Shown: positions 24,313-38,126 of the stretch, piece by piece | How positions within the stretch are numbered: the stretch's first letter is position 1 | Layout of the letters: each line of letters starts with the position of its first letter | Assembly (NCBI RefSeq): GCF_006345805.1 | Contig: NC_043007.1 | Coordinates: 58,590,001 to 58,654,000, forward strand | Origin: Octopus sinensis | Taxonomy: Eukaryota | Length of the DNA stretch: 64,000 nucleotides | Direction of reading: 5' to 3' | Notes under the pieces: generated by a model | Told to the model about the DNA's origin: nothing | Seen by the model: only the letters and a program-made list of their open reading frames with translations | Database searches by the model: none | Position numbers and translations under genes: made by a program

Positions 24313-25251
24313 CTGAAAGACACAGAAAAGTCATATTTTTTTTCTAATAAATTCTCACAAGATCAAACATTTCAATATCAAAAAAACCTCAAAATTTGCC
24401 TTTTTCTCTCAACAATTTTACATCCATAATATAGTAAAAATAGAATCAGGAGTGTTTTAAAGACAAATATCTTTCCAGTTCAAGTTTTTGTATTTGGTTT
24501 GTTCAAAGAAAATACAGACACACTCAAGTTTAAAATAAGTATGATGGTACAGCATTTTAATAGTTTATAGGTCAAATTGATCCAAACAAAAAAAATAAAG
24601 AAGTCTATGCAGTTGCTTGACATGCATTAATTAGCAGTCAAATCTCTGTCGAATTTCACCTTATTTTCTTAAAAAGAGAAACCCTAGAAACATGTTTGAA
24701 TAAAGATAAGATGATCTTGGCTGGAATACTTTTGATCATAGATTTACTTAATCCAAGTTGATCTGAGACTAATCAACAATAAGAAGAACAGCCTATTACA
24801 CAAAATTTGATAATTATATCACCATGAGCCTGCGAACTAAGAACCTGTTTGTTTCAAAGAAGGGTATTGTTACTGTGTGACAATTCAGCTTCTTTTGAGC
24901 ACTGAATGGTGCACCGAGTTTAGACACATAATAACTAAAATCTATGTTATAAAACACATTGATACTAACATACAATGTGAGAAGAACTATGATGATGATC
25001 AAACTATTATTAAACTATCTTTTTTGAAGGCAGAATGGATCTAAAGTCACATTATCTAATATGTCCTTCCTGTTTAAGACATCAGTGTATGATTTAAGAA
25101 GATTTGACTGCTAATTCTTGCAGGTTGGGCAAACATGTAGAGCCTCCCTCATTGGCGCAATAGATATAGATTTATTTAATTGAAAAACTGATCAATGAAT
25201 TTCAGTTATAGAACAGTAGAGGAAGTATGAAAAAAAGAAATCGATACTTAC

Positions 25252-25332
25252 TCAAAAAGTTCTTTAAGAAATGTTCCATAGACGAGTGGATCAAAAAATG
25301 AGAAATACAAATATGTGGTGATATCAACAATA
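25252..25332 (-). CDS. TPRA1: TPRA1 coding exon 9 (81 nt)
   Basis: (C)IVDITTYLYFSFFDPLVYGTFLKELF(E); cag/gtaagt sites. Confidence 0.95.
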
Positions 25333-25960
25333 CTGAAATAGAAATAAGTAGATGAAAATATGAAAAATACTAAAATATAAATATGTGGTAATATCAACAA
25401 AACTAAAATACATAGAAGGATAGAGACAGGTATCTTACTATACAGGAGATACTTGGCTACCTCAGCAGAAAGAGGAAGGAGAGGTAGAGTTAGAGAGAAA
25501 CAGATGATATGTTAGAGATGCATCAGGACATGCCCCCAAGGTACAGTGAGGGTAAATATAAGCGGTACAGAGGGGATAGAGGGGGATGTCTTATATACAT
25601 ATATATATAAATGTCAAACAATGACAATAAGTGCTCAACACTGCATTGGTGGATAAAATTTCTTTATTTGTGTACTAAGACTACTATTGGTTTCATGTTA
25701 AGAAAAATTTCTTAATATCTCAATAATTTTTCAAGCCAATCACATGGAGATAAATACCATTCCTCCATGTAATCAGCTTTAAAAATTATTAAGATATTTT
25801 TCTGAACATGAAACCAATGGTAGCCTCCCTTCTTTCCTGAGCGTCAATAATACTTTAATTGTTCCACGTCCTGCGTTGCTGTGTTTTTTTTCTTTTTTTC
25901 TTTTTTTCTGTGTTTTCTTGTTTGGATTAACTTTATATATATATATATTATATATATATA

Positions 25961-25995
<35 letters not shown>

Positions 25996-25999
<4 letters not shown>

Positions 26000-27257
26000 G
26001 TTGAGTAAAAAGTAAGCAACGTTTCAAACCATGACGAAGTTGTACCAGATTTTTGCAGAGTTTTGAATCTTTTTTTAAACATTTTTTTGCAATTGTCTAA
26101 TACAGATACAGACTTGCCCAAATACATCAATAAATTAATATTGATATTTTTTTCACCATTGTTACAATCATCTGAAATGGAACTGTCAAAGTGTGATATT
26201 CAAGCAATTTTGCTATTCGACTTCAAAACAGTATGTAAAGCAGCTGAAACTGCTTGTGATATCAATAAATTGTTTGGTGAAGAAATGATCAGTGAGTGGT
26301 CAGCTCGAAAATGGTTTAAACAATTTCGCAGTGGAGACCTGAGCTTTGAAGAGCATGAGTGTAGTTAGTGGATGCCCATCTGTCATCGATGACGGTCAAT
26401 TGAAGACCATCATTGAGAAAATCTACATAAAATCACTCGAGAACTGGCAAAAGAACTTCAAGTTAGCCAGAAAACTGCCTGCAACCATTTGCATGTGATC
26501 AGAAAACCAAAAAAGCTTGACAAATGGATACCACGTAATTTGAATGAAAATCAGAAAATGCACAGATATGAAATTTGCTTGTTGCTTCTTTTCCATAACC
26601 AGATTGATCCATTTCTCTACTGTATTGTAAATTGTAATGAAAAGTGGATTCTGTACAATAATAAAAAACGTTCTTTGCAGTGCTTGGACCAAAATGAAGC
26701 ACCAAAAACCTTCCCTAAGCCCAAGCACTTCAAAAAGAAGGTCATGGTGAATGTTTGGTGGTGTACTGCTGGATCCATCCACTATAACTTCCTAAAACCC
26801 AGAAAAACCATTACTGCAGAAACATATTGGCATGAAATTACCAAAATGAACTAAAAACTGCTACTCCTCCATCCCAGACTGGTCAGCAGAAGAGGGTCAA
26901 TCATTCTTCATGACAATGCTTGACCATCACTAATGATGCCCCAGAAGTTGAGGGAACTTGGCTACAAAGTTCTTCCCCACCCAGCTTATTCCCCAGACCT
27001 TTCTCCTACTGACTACCACTTTTCAACCACCTTGATGGTTTCCTGCGTGGGGAGTTACAAAATCAAACCAATGCTGAAAGTGCATTCAAAGAGTCCATCA
27101 GCTCCAGAACTCCAGATTTTTATGTTACTGGAATAAACAAACTTGTAACTCATTGGCAAAAATGTGTTGATTGTAATGGTACTTACTTTGATGAATAAAA
27201 TTTCCGCATTATTGAATTTCATGTTTCAAAACGTTGGTTACTTTTTACTCAGCCTGA
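25996..27257 (+). mobile_element. Full-length degenerate mariner (DD34D) transposon, 1262 bp, antisense in a TPRA1 intron
   Basis: TIRs TTAGGTTGAGTAAAAAGTAAGCAACGTTT and (rc) TCAGGCTGAGTAAAAAGTAACCAACGTTT with TA flanks. The transposase from ATG 26177 carries WIPRNL, NEKWILYNN (first D mutated), HDNA and SPDLSPTDYH, with multiple stops and frameshifts. Confidence 0.95.
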
Positions 27258-27714
27258 TATATGTGTGTGTGTGTGTGTGTAATTGCAACAATGGAAAACA
27301 AAAATATGAATGGCCCCAGAGAAACTTCAGTGAGTCGTTTGCTTATTTAGTCAGCAGTTTGGTTAGTTAGAGCATAGCTCTAGTTTCATGGCATTACCAT
27401 AAAAGATTAAGCTATCCTTGTACAGAACACTGAGCTTCCATAGATAATATTTACAAAAAGTTATGGTGTTTTCACATTTAAAGTTGATTTATAACAACAA
27501 TAAAAAAAAAGGAAATAGAAATGGAGGTCAAATTTCTCTCAAATCACACTCAACCATCATTTAATATAGTCCAAGATATTTTTTTTTTTAACAAGAGATG
27601 AGATGTTAACATCTATAGCTCTTTCATTGTTTGATCAGGACTAACTTGCAGCTAAATAACAACAACAAGAACAACAAAAGAGAAAGGAAATGTTGATATC
27701 CAGAAAATTCTTAC

Positions 27715-27817
27715 CAAAGCCCACTGATATATTCATAATACAGCATGGCACTTCCTATGGCTTGCAGACAATTTAAAACTGAGAGCAGAGCACAGTAATA
27801 ATAAAAACTTCTCTTGG
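27715..27817 (-). CDS. TPRA1: TPRA1 coding exon 8 (103 nt)
   Basis: KRSFYYYCALLSVLNCLQAIGSAMLYYEYISGL(C); cag/gtaaga sites. Confidence 0.95.
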
Positions 27818-27841
27818 CTGAAGAAAAACAAAAAGAAATAT

Positions 27842-28055
27842 TTAACCTTTTAGCATTCAGATTACTCAGTCAGATCTAATGCTTATTTATTCACATTGTT
27901 TTGAATTAATCATACGTTATCTTGTCACTTTGAGACTTCAATGATATGAGTTTTACTTTTAGAATGATATTGTAGCACAGGCATAAGAGGCCTGATCTAG
28001 CCAATTTAACATAAAATGTAAAATATTTTAGTCAGTTTAAATGCTAAAGGGTTAA
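27842..28055. mobile_element. TTAA-flanked MITE with CCCTTTAGCATT termini (piggyBac-like)
   Basis: TTAACCTTTTAGCATT...AATGCTAAAGGGTTAA. Further copies at about 31649-31866, 31930-32118, 35640-35865 (inverted) and 55755-55869. Confidence 0.75.
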
Positions 28056-28468
28056 AAACCAACTCCATACACACATATTTGTGAGTGCAGGCATGGTCCA
28101 GTGACAAAGAAGTTGGCCTAGTAATCATGTGGTTCCAGATTTAATCCAACAATACAGTGCCTAAAGTTTCTTTTGAGTCTTCTAAATGGAATTTAGTAGA
28201 CAGAAACAATGCAAATGCTGCCAAGTATATACCATTCATTTATTTAGTTTTATATCCTGTTTGCCATGAGGACATGGGTTTAATGAAACTTGTTGAGGCA
28301 GACACTGATTGGTCTGGGGCTTCGGTAGAAGACATACATCCAAGGTACCATACAGTGGAACCAAACTATCAGTGTACCAACAGCATTGCCCAACCCCACC
28401 CCACCCAACATGCATATATTCATTAAAAATTAAGTCATAAAAAACAATAAGGAAATAGTGAAACTTAC

Positions 28469-28529
28469 TTGGTAAAAAGAGTTTGTAACGAATGTTTGTA
28501 TGTGGCAAGACAGTAATAACTGTGTACAC
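28469..28529 (-). CDS. TPRA1: TPRA1 coding exon 7 (61 nt)
   Basis: VYTVITVLPHTNIRYKLFLP(T); cag/gtaagt sites. Confidence 0.93.
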
Positions 28530-29649
28530 CTGATGAAAGAAAATATTTTTTAAATAATTACATATAAATTAAAAACCAGACCAAACAAAAGAGAGATATG
28601 GACAGACAAGCTGCAGGTGGACAGAGACAGATATAAAGACAGATGGAGAGACTAGAAAGGTGATAAACATCCAGATAAATATAAACATCATACTTGTCAT
28701 GTTTGATGATAACAGTATGTTTGGTGAAATCAGCTACGAATAAATTTCCCATTGCTATTTTTACTACTTGTCTAAGTATCATCTGGTATAGTTAAGGGCC
28801 AATCAAAGCCTTATGAATAAATTTAGTAGAGGGAAACTGAAAAAATCTGATTGTTTGTGTATTTGTTTACCTTTACATTCTACAAATCTTACAAGCTATA
28901 ACCAGTGTTTTGTTAATGAATTGTCTATTTGCTTTATGCCTTATAAACTTATAAGAGATCCTTTATGTGAAAAACAGGTAAGGTAGGTGAAGGGAAGGAT
29001 ATCTGTCAATAATATATTATCAAGACAGCTAGCTTATTACCCTTTTTTTAAAAAATATTTTAGCTCTGTTTTAAGTATTAATCAAATGTATCTCTAATAT
29101 TCCATGTTAACCTTTTCTTTCATTTACCTACATTGTACGCTTTCTAGTGCATTGATTCCTAAGTATTTCTAAGTGTTTGTTATAATTCTTTTGTCTCTGC
29201 TTCTGTATCAAGCAGAATATTCATGTTCATAACTTTTTGCTCTCTTCAAGGTTGTCTTATATTGTGATTCGAAGTTCATCAATTCTTTTTACATATCCAT
29301 ATACTATCTACAGCAATGAACTACTTGATGTTATCCATATACAAAAGATGGTTCTACCATAGCATTTGTAATTAGAAATTAACAATATTAAGATAATTTT
29401 TCAGACCGTTATCCATATCTTGATAAAGGATACATACTTCAACATTTACACCTACACTGTATTTTGATCAGTTCGGACTTTGATCATCAAGATTCTTGTG
29501 CCTGGATGTGTCTGTGGTGTTATATAGTGTAGACATAAGCACTAACAAACACATGGACGTAAAAGTCTGAAAAACTATTATCTTAACAATAACAACATAT
29601 CTCAGACATTTAGAAAAATAATAACCAAGTCAATTTTAAGAAGACTTAC

Positions 29650-29778
29650 CAAGAAGAAGAACATTGAACTTGTAAACCAGAACTCCATCCCACCATGGCC
29701 AAACAAATCATAATCTCGTTGTGTTATGTTGTTATGTTTGAATATTGTATCTTTGGGAGGATAAAACTCCAGTACACC
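29650..29778 (-). CDS. TPRA1: TPRA1 coding exon 6 (129 nt)
   Basis: GVLEFYPPKDTIFKHNNITQRDYDLFGHGGMEFWFTSSMFFFL, containing the family GHGG..FW motif; cag/gtaagt sites. Confidence 0.95.
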
Positions 29779-32305
29779 CTGTAATAAATTGAAAAATTAA
29801 ATTAACATTAAAACAAGAAATGGTTGAAGTCAATATTCAGGACCAATTGCATAGGACTGACTTTTTGATACATGTTTATAGATGAACATTTATTTTACTG
29901 AAAATTCTGAAACCTGCAGAATGTGCTGAAGAATGGAAAAATATAACTGACATGAAAATCTTAAGGAAATAGAAAAATCATTATTTTATAAGAAAAATTA
30001 GAAATTCTCCTGCCTAGATAAAACTGCTAAAAATCTATCTAAACATCACAAAAGGTAGATTTTTAAAAATCCTTTGAATGTTTTTCACAAAACTATACTT
30101 TATTCTATGATATCTTTTATATTTATATTTCTTGAAACATTGATTAAATTGATTTGTGTGTGTGAACGTGTGTGAGCATGTGTGGTTGTGTAGTAAGAAG
30201 TTTGCTTCCCAACCACATAGTTATAGGTTCAACCCCATTGCATAGCCCTGGCCCAATCAAAGTCTAGTGAGTGGATTTAGTAGACAGAGGCAGAAAGAAG
30301 CCTGTTGTGTGTGTGTATCTGTGTTTGTCCCCCACCACTGCTTGACAACCATTGTTGGTGTGTTTATGTTCCTGACAAAAGAAACTGATGGAATAAGTAC
30401 CAGGCTTAAAAACTTTTTTTTTAAATGTACTAGGGTTAATTCACTCGATTAAAATTCTTCAAGGCAGTGCCCCAGCATGGCCACAGTCTAATGACTAAAA
30501 CAAGTAAAAGATAACAGACAAAAGATATATATAAATGCAGCCATATATATATATATATATATATATGGTTAAGAAGTCCGTTCCTGAACCACATGGTCTA
30601 GGCTTCACACCCACTGTGTGGCACCTAGGGCAAGTGTCTTCAAACATAACACTGGGCCAATCAAAGCATTGTGAGTGGATTTGGTAGACATGAACTGAAA
30701 GAAGCCCATCATACATATGTATATGTGTGTGTGTGTGGATTACTGAATTGACTTCAAATGATAGTTCTAAATGTATGTTACTATCATGCAAGCAGTATCC
30801 TTCGTTTCCAGTCTTGCATGAAAATATGTCTGGCCATGAGGAATATTACTTGCTTGAAAACAAATGGGAGTTGGTAACAGGAAAGGCATCTGGCTGAAGA
30901 AAAATATGCCTCAGTAAAATTCTGTCTGACCCATGCAAGCAAGTAAATGTGAATGTATGATGATTTTATATACCCTTATTCCTCTTTGTTATCCAAATAC
31001 ACACTATTGGCCTCTCTGAGTTATTTCTCTTAGTTCATTTAATCAAATTACCAAGACTCATATGTTCTACATTTTTTTTTTCTGTTATGTAATTTAAGGG
31101 ACAACTGCTATGCTGATGATATCTTTTAAGGCAGAAATGCTACAAGGAAGCAAAAATGGTAAGTTAGATGGCAATATAAATAGATACTTAACAGGAATTA
31201 AAGAACAAATAGTTGTAATGTTAGGTGATTACACAAGCATGTCATGTCACACACCTAATAGATCAGAGTCATTCAAGTCCATTGGTTAAGCAGGCTAATT
31301 ATGGAGCTAGATGACCATAGTTCAAATGAAGACTCAATACACATGTCAAATAAAAATATTTATCTGTAACAAGAGGCTCTACGGAAAGCTCATCCACTCC
31401 GCAGCTCCAGTGAATAGATGATGACTGGGTGTATTGTGAGTGCACGTTTACAAATTTTGAATACACTGGGTTACTAAATATGATGAGTGAATGCATGTGC
31501 AAGGTTAATTTTGGTAATGATGTAGCAATTTAGGGAAATGGTTGATGCAAGTTCCAGTGAGGGTGTGTGTGTAAAAAGTAATAATGAACCATAAATAATT
31601 AATTAAAAGAAAGATAATAAAAAGATTCTAAGGAATCAAAATCTGAATTTAACCCCTTGGCACTCAAATTACTGTCAAATACAATACATATTTATTCACA
31701 TTGTTTTGAATTAATCATGCATTATTTTGCAGTTTTGAGATTTCAATGATGTACCCATTTATTTTTAGAATGTCATTGTAGGGTAAGCATGAGAAGCCAG
31801 ATCTAGCTGATTTAAACAAAAAAACAGGTAGAATATTTGGGCTGAATATGGCCAATTTAAATGCTAATTGTTCTAACCATTACTGTCAGTAAATCATCAA
31901 AAACAGCTGACAGCTAGTAGCTTAGATTATTCTGGCAAATATAATGCTTATTTATTCATATTGCTTTCAATTCATCATAGCTTTGAGATTTCAACGATGT
32001 GAATGTTTACTGTTAGAATGACATTATAGAGCAAGTCTGAAAGGCTGGATCTGGCCAGTTTGAACATAAAACTGAGTATCTGAGTCAGATATGGTAGGTT
32101 TGAATGCTAAAGGGTTAAGGAAAGATAAAAATTAAAGTAGACACAGAGATAGTATATTGACTAAGAAAATTATAAAAAGATTTCTGTATTTCTTCTTATT
32201 CTAAAAACTATATTAAGAAAGAATGCAAAGAAAATGATTTGAGATCCATTCTGATTTGATGAATCCATGCAAATGTGAATGCTTTCAATAAATAACTTTA
32301 CTTAC

Positions 32306-32385
32306 CTGTGTCGTTGAATAGCATAATGCAATGGCAGAGGTAACAAGTAAGACTCTTTGGATGCTTGTTCGACTATCAAGGTGAC
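32306..32385 (-). CDS. TPRA1: TPRA1 coding exon 5 (80 nt)
   Basis: (G)HLDSRTSIQRVLLVTSAIALCYSTTQ, versus human [27 protein letters not shown] (recalled); tag/gtaagt sites. Confidence 0.95.
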
Positions 32386-33032
32386 CTAAAAGTTGTCAAA
32401 AGAAATTTTTATATATATATATATATACACACACAAGCACAGGCATGACTGTATAGTTAAGAAGTTCACCTCCCTAACATGCATTTTCAGGTTCAATCCC
32501 ACTACACAGTATCTTGGATGAGCATCTTCTACTACTATTGCCCCAGGCTAATCACAGCTTTGTGAGTGGATTAAATAGAAAAAACAGAAATAAGACTACT
32601 GTGTGTATGTGTGTGATCATCATTTAACACCAGTTCTCCATGTTAACACAAGAGAGCTGCATCATGCTCTACACCAGCTGTGGCATAGTTTCTGTGGTTG
32701 GATGCCCTTCCTAACACCAACATGTACTTCACAATTTAGTTGTATCTGGTAGAATGGTATATAATGTATCTGACAGAAATAATAAGACAACAAAGAACAC
32801 TCCACCTGAGAAACAGTGTTGCAATTTTGTACCCTTTTGGTTAAAATGTCATGGAAAGAAGAATAAGACTAAAGTAACAAAGCATGATGATATCATCAGC
32901 AAAGTGTAAAAGTGCTTCAAGAATTACATCGATTCATAAAGAATCTGTAACTTAGGAAGAATTTCTTGTTGGCTATTTAAAAGACAAGACAGACTTTTAT
33001 ATGGATGTAGATCAAGGTAGGAGGTAACTTAC

Positions 33033-33105
33033 CAAAAGCAAATCCAAAAATGACCAATGACAACTCAGTCGTAAGGAGGAAAAATCTTAAAATAAGCCAT
33101 AAAAT
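33033..33105 (-). CDS. TPRA1: TPRA1 coding exon 4 (73 nt)
   Basis: ILWLILRFFLLTTELSLVIFGFAF(G); cag/gtaagt sites. Confidence 0.95.
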
Positions 33106-34757
33106 CTGAAAATGAAACAAAAAAATATTTTAGTTTTTCCTGGGTTTACAAAAAGAAAAAAATTTATAGAAAGGTAGATTCAAAAATTAAGTACAATTTT
33201 TGGATTTTACAATACATAATGCAAGAGCAGTTTTCTGTTTTACTTTTTTTTTTTTGCTTGATTTTTGATTCTACAAACTATGTTTAGAAATAAAATATTA
33301 ACAACTTCAGCAAAAAGCCTTGCAGTCTCATTCTAAATTAAAATTTCAAAAATTAAGTTTATATTAATAAGTCACAAGAACAAAAATATTCATTTTATCA
33401 GCAAATAAAATTTTTCATAAGAATTAAAGAAAATAATGAGAAATTAATCCTTATCATTACAAAATGCATTTGATGGTGAGGCTCTAGCTTAGGTGTTCAG
33501 TTTTCTTTCAGATGACCACCCTTTGCAGTGGGTTCTCTTTACTCCACCATCACACAACATAATTAACAAGCTAATGAGGAAACCCTTATGCCTGTCAAGA
33601 AATGCCAGCTAAATCTCCCTCAAATAATACCCTACCATCTTAAAAAAGGGTACATCAGATTATAGGATTATGGATATGTGAAAAAGTCAGGATGGTTCTG
33701 GCTGGAATGGCTTTAGTCACAGCTCTGCAATTACAACAACAATTAAGTGTTACTAAAGTTACCCAAATATTTCATACATTTAAGGCGGTGAGCTGGCAGA
33801 ACCTTTAGCATTTCGGGCAAAATGCTTAACAGCATTTCGTCCATCTTTAAGCTAGAGCATACGTTCAAATCACACTGAGGTTGACTTTGTCTTTCATCCT
33901 TTTGGAGCCAATAAAATAAGTACCAGCTGAGTAGTAGGGTTGTTGAAATTGACTTATCCCCTCCCTCAAACTTGCTGGCCTTGTGCCAAAATATGAAACC
34001 AAGATTTCATACATTTCAAAATTTGGATTATAAAGTGGAAAATATTTTCTACTTCTAAAGTAACAGATGTATATCAATATAAGTTGAATCACTGCTTTAA
34101 ATAAATTAAGATCTTAATTTAAAGATTTATATTTTATACTTTACTTAATTAAACTCATGTTCTATTTATAAAGTGCATTGCATTTTTAATTAATTCTTTT
34201 GTTTCTATCCTTTATTACTATCAGTGTGTTCAAGCTCCACCTATGTTGGCTTTTGTTTATACCTCCAAGGTAAAAAAAAATGTAAGAGCCAGTGATATAC
34301 TTGATTGAATTCAATTTACTTGATAAATCTTTCTCCAATAAACTAAGAAAACAATCATTATTAGTTTCAAATTTTGGTACAAGGCCAGCAAATTCAGGGG
34401 AGGGAACAAGTCAATTACATCAACCCCAGTGCTTAACTGGTACTTATTTTATCAATCCCAAGAGGATGAAAGGTAAAGTCGACCTCAGCAGAATTTGAAC
34501 TCAGAACATAAAGACAAACAAAACGCTGCTAAGCATTTTGCCCAACATTATTTATGATTCTGCCAGCTCAATGCCTTAAAGAAAACAATCTTTGTTATTG
34601 TTAAATTCCACCATGGGAATCATTACCTTTCATTATTGCACAGTCAGAAGAATAAGCTGGTAATCCAGAGCTTATCTACTCAGTTATTTTGTCTTTACAA
34701 GAATATAAATAAATAGATGAGAAAAATGAAGAGGAAAAGCAAAAGTAATCTCCTTAC

Positions 34758-34847
34758 CTTGTCAGCATCATCACCAGCTTCCAAGGATGCATTGACAGTC
34801 ATGGCTACGACACAGCGTAAAATACTTATACCAACAACCAATACCAC
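34758..34847 (-). CDS. TPRA1: TPRA1 coding exon 3 (90 nt)
   Basis: VVLVVGISILRCVVAMTVNASLEAGDDADK; tag/gtaagg sites; phase 0/0. Confidence 0.95.
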
Positions 34848-37630
34848 CTATACAATTAGAAAAATCAAGTTAATATAATAAAAAAATTTGTGCTGAAAGT
34901 AAGAATTTACAGAACTGCTATATTCTTATTCTAAAACTTAGATAGAGAAGAGGGAAGACAACACTAATGACCTTTTGCTGAGCCCCTAATATTGGTGAGA
35001 GAAAGTATTCCTAAAACTGGAGACCTGGCCCAAATACTTGCAACATAACAAACTCTACTAAAGCCACCCAAGGACCCCACACAGATTCTCTCAACCAAAC
35101 TTTGCTAACAAAGTCTTAGTCAACTTGAGGTTACTAAGAAGAATCTTACCCAGGATGTTATGCAATGGAATCAATGCCCAAAAACCATGGAGTTGTGAAG
35201 TGAATTTCTTAACAAGAAGCAAAATAAAAGGTAAAAGTTAATCAAACTTAATATTTTCACTTCAATAACAAATATATTTTAATATTTTTTCAGCATTGTA
35301 GAGATTTTCTTCAGTTTTCTTTTCTTGAAAATTAGTAACATTTTCAATCTATTCCATGCCAACATTAGCAAAATATTTTATTGTGTTTGGGGAGAGTCAT
35401 TCTGTTTTAATGCCTTATTAATTAATACACTCACCTGTTCAATTTCCACTCATTTACCTATTTATATTTTTTTCTAAAATTTTCATTGCTTCTTGCAATC
35501 TTTTCAATAATGGTGCTGGGTGGCTTGCCTTGAGATTATCTGAGGAGATTATCCAAGACTATGTGAGGATGTTAAAAAATATCATTAGATCCAACATGAA
35601 TAAAATGGAGCAAATCACTTTTATAACAGGGTATTCTGTGCTCCCTAAGAATTTAAGCTGGTCATATCCAGCCCAGATATTCTACCTATTTTATGTTCAA
35701 AATAACCAGGTCTGACCTCTCACACTTACCCTATAATATCATTCTAAAATTAAACAAGCAGATCATCGAAATCTCAAAGCTATAAGACAATGCATGATTA
35801 TTTCAAAACAGTGTAAATAAATAAGAAATACATTTGATAGAGTAATCTGAATTCTAAAGGGTTAATAATGAAATAGAAATGGAGTCTCTTATTAACCAGT
35901 TGAACTAAAGCAAGTACTGCAACATATATTGCACAGGAGTCTAACATACAAACTATAATGAAATTTGAATTCATGATCAGTTTGACTATGGGAAACAGTT
36001 TAACAACATAATTTTCACAGTTACAGCACTTATCAAAACAGAGTGGATCAAATTTGAAAGAGTTTGGATTTTCTTACACAGATTGATTTTATAATGGAAT
36101 TAAAGAGCTTCTGATAGTCTGCAAAAGGGGGCTGAGATAGTTTATAATTCAAGATCAGTTCTCTTATTTCCTCCTTTTAAATGTGTTAACACTTCCTGTT
36201 TTTGACAGCGAGGTTCTTATCCATATACAGAGCATAGGTTGCAAGGAAGAAAGACATTTGCATTTGAGCATTTTCATCATTATCTTTATTTTAATGGTTT
36301 TTCTCTACTAATATAAGACAGTTCAATAATAAATCATCTTCCCTTGTACTGCTACACCATGCTATTGCACCTGTGCACTCCATTTTATTCAGGTTGGACC
36401 TAATGATATTTTTTAACATCCTCACATAATCTCAGATAATCTCAGACCAAGCCACCCAGCACCACTAATTATAATGTAAATAATTACTTTCATTACCAAC
36501 ACACATACACAAGCTTTGTTGCACTGCCAGAAAACAGATGCTTCTCTTGCACTACAAGACAGCTAGCTGACTTTTCAAATTTTGGTTATCTTTTCTTTTA
36601 CTTGTTTCAGTTGTTAGACTGCAGCTAAGCCGGGGCATCACCTTGAAGAATTTTTAGTTGAATGAATCAACCCCAGTACTTTTTTGTTAAGCATGGTGTT
36701 TATTCTATTGTTCTCTTTTGCCAAACTAAGTTACAGTGATGTAAACACACCAACACCAGTTGTCAAGCAGTAATGGGAGACAAACACAAAGACACACACA
36801 CACACATATACATACAATGGGCTTCTTTCAGTTTCTGTCAACCAAATTCGCTCACAAGTCTTTGGTTTGTCTGAGCTATAGTAGAAGATACCTGCCCAAG
36901 GTGCCATGCAGTGGGACTAAACCTGGAACCTGTGACTGGGAAACAAGCTTCTTACCACACAGACATGCTTATATATGATTATTGGAGCATGTCTTTATAT
37001 AATGAGTGTTCTAACATTTAATGGCAATTGGAGTTGTTAGTTTTCCCTATGAATGAACTGAAGTACATAAAATGTTAGACTTTAGTGAAAAAACTGTAAA
37101 AAAATTGAATTTATGAATTTAGGATATTCTAATATTGAAATTACAAGAGACCAGATATTCAAAGGGGATAAGAAATTTGAAATCCTAGTTAATTAAAACG
37201 TTATTCTGTAAAAAAATATTTAAGTTAAATATATTTCCTACTTGCCACCTTAACTGTCACCAGATTGAATAGCAAAAAAAGAATGTTTCAACATTACAGA
37301 ACATTAGACTGGCTTAATAAGACATGTAATCTGAAAAGAGGCTTCAATGTTCATGAACTAGGTGCTGTTCTGCTATGAATATTGTAAAGGACTGCTCAGT
37401 TAGAGGTGTAAAGCAAAATAAACTTTTTGTGAGTGTATACTTGTATATTTGTGCATATGTGTATATATGCTTATGTATATGTATGTGCATCATATATATA
37501 TATTATATATTATATATATATATATAATATATATATAAATAATATTAGGGTAATAAGAATTATAGAAATTATTATTACCAGTGGCCTAGCACAAAAAAAT
37601 TAGTCAATAGACTATATATTATTCACATAA

Positions 37631-37972
37631 AAATATTGTGTACATTAAAACACATTAAGAGACTTCCAAATAGGAAAGCCTTGTGCTAGAAAGTGCAGTA
37701 GAAAACTCAAACCACTAATTAGGGATAAATTCTCGAAAAGGAATGAAAATTAAAAACGTTTACCATCTAATTTAGTTCCTAGACCATGGTTTCTGACTAA
37801 TTTCAGGAAAAAAATTATTTACTGGTCTAGGAACTAAATTAGATGGTAAACGTTTTTAATTTTCATTCCTTTCGAGAATTTATCCCTAATTAGTGGTTTG
37901 AGTTTTCTACTGCTCTTTCTAGCACAAGGCTTTCCTATTTGGAAGCCTCTTAATGTGTTTTAATGTGCACGA

Positions 37973-37977
<5 letters not shown>
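37631..37977. repeat. Near-perfect long inverted repeat (arms about 155 bp, 36-bp spacer)
   Basis: 37631-37786 is the reverse complement of 37823-37977, with about 4 substitutions and 1 indel by eye. Confidence 0.95.
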
Positions 37978-38011
<34 letters not shown>

Positions 38012-38012
38012 C

Positions 38013-38043
<31 letters not shown>

Positions 38044-38094
38044 TACTATATATATATATATATATATATACATTATATATATAATATATATACA

Positions 38095-38126
<32 letters not shown>

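Noticed and set aside
24150-24347. Plus-strand ORFs overlapping TPRA1 exons (also 42602-42814)
   Set aside because: They are antisense shadows of genuine coding exons, with no independent splice or homology support.
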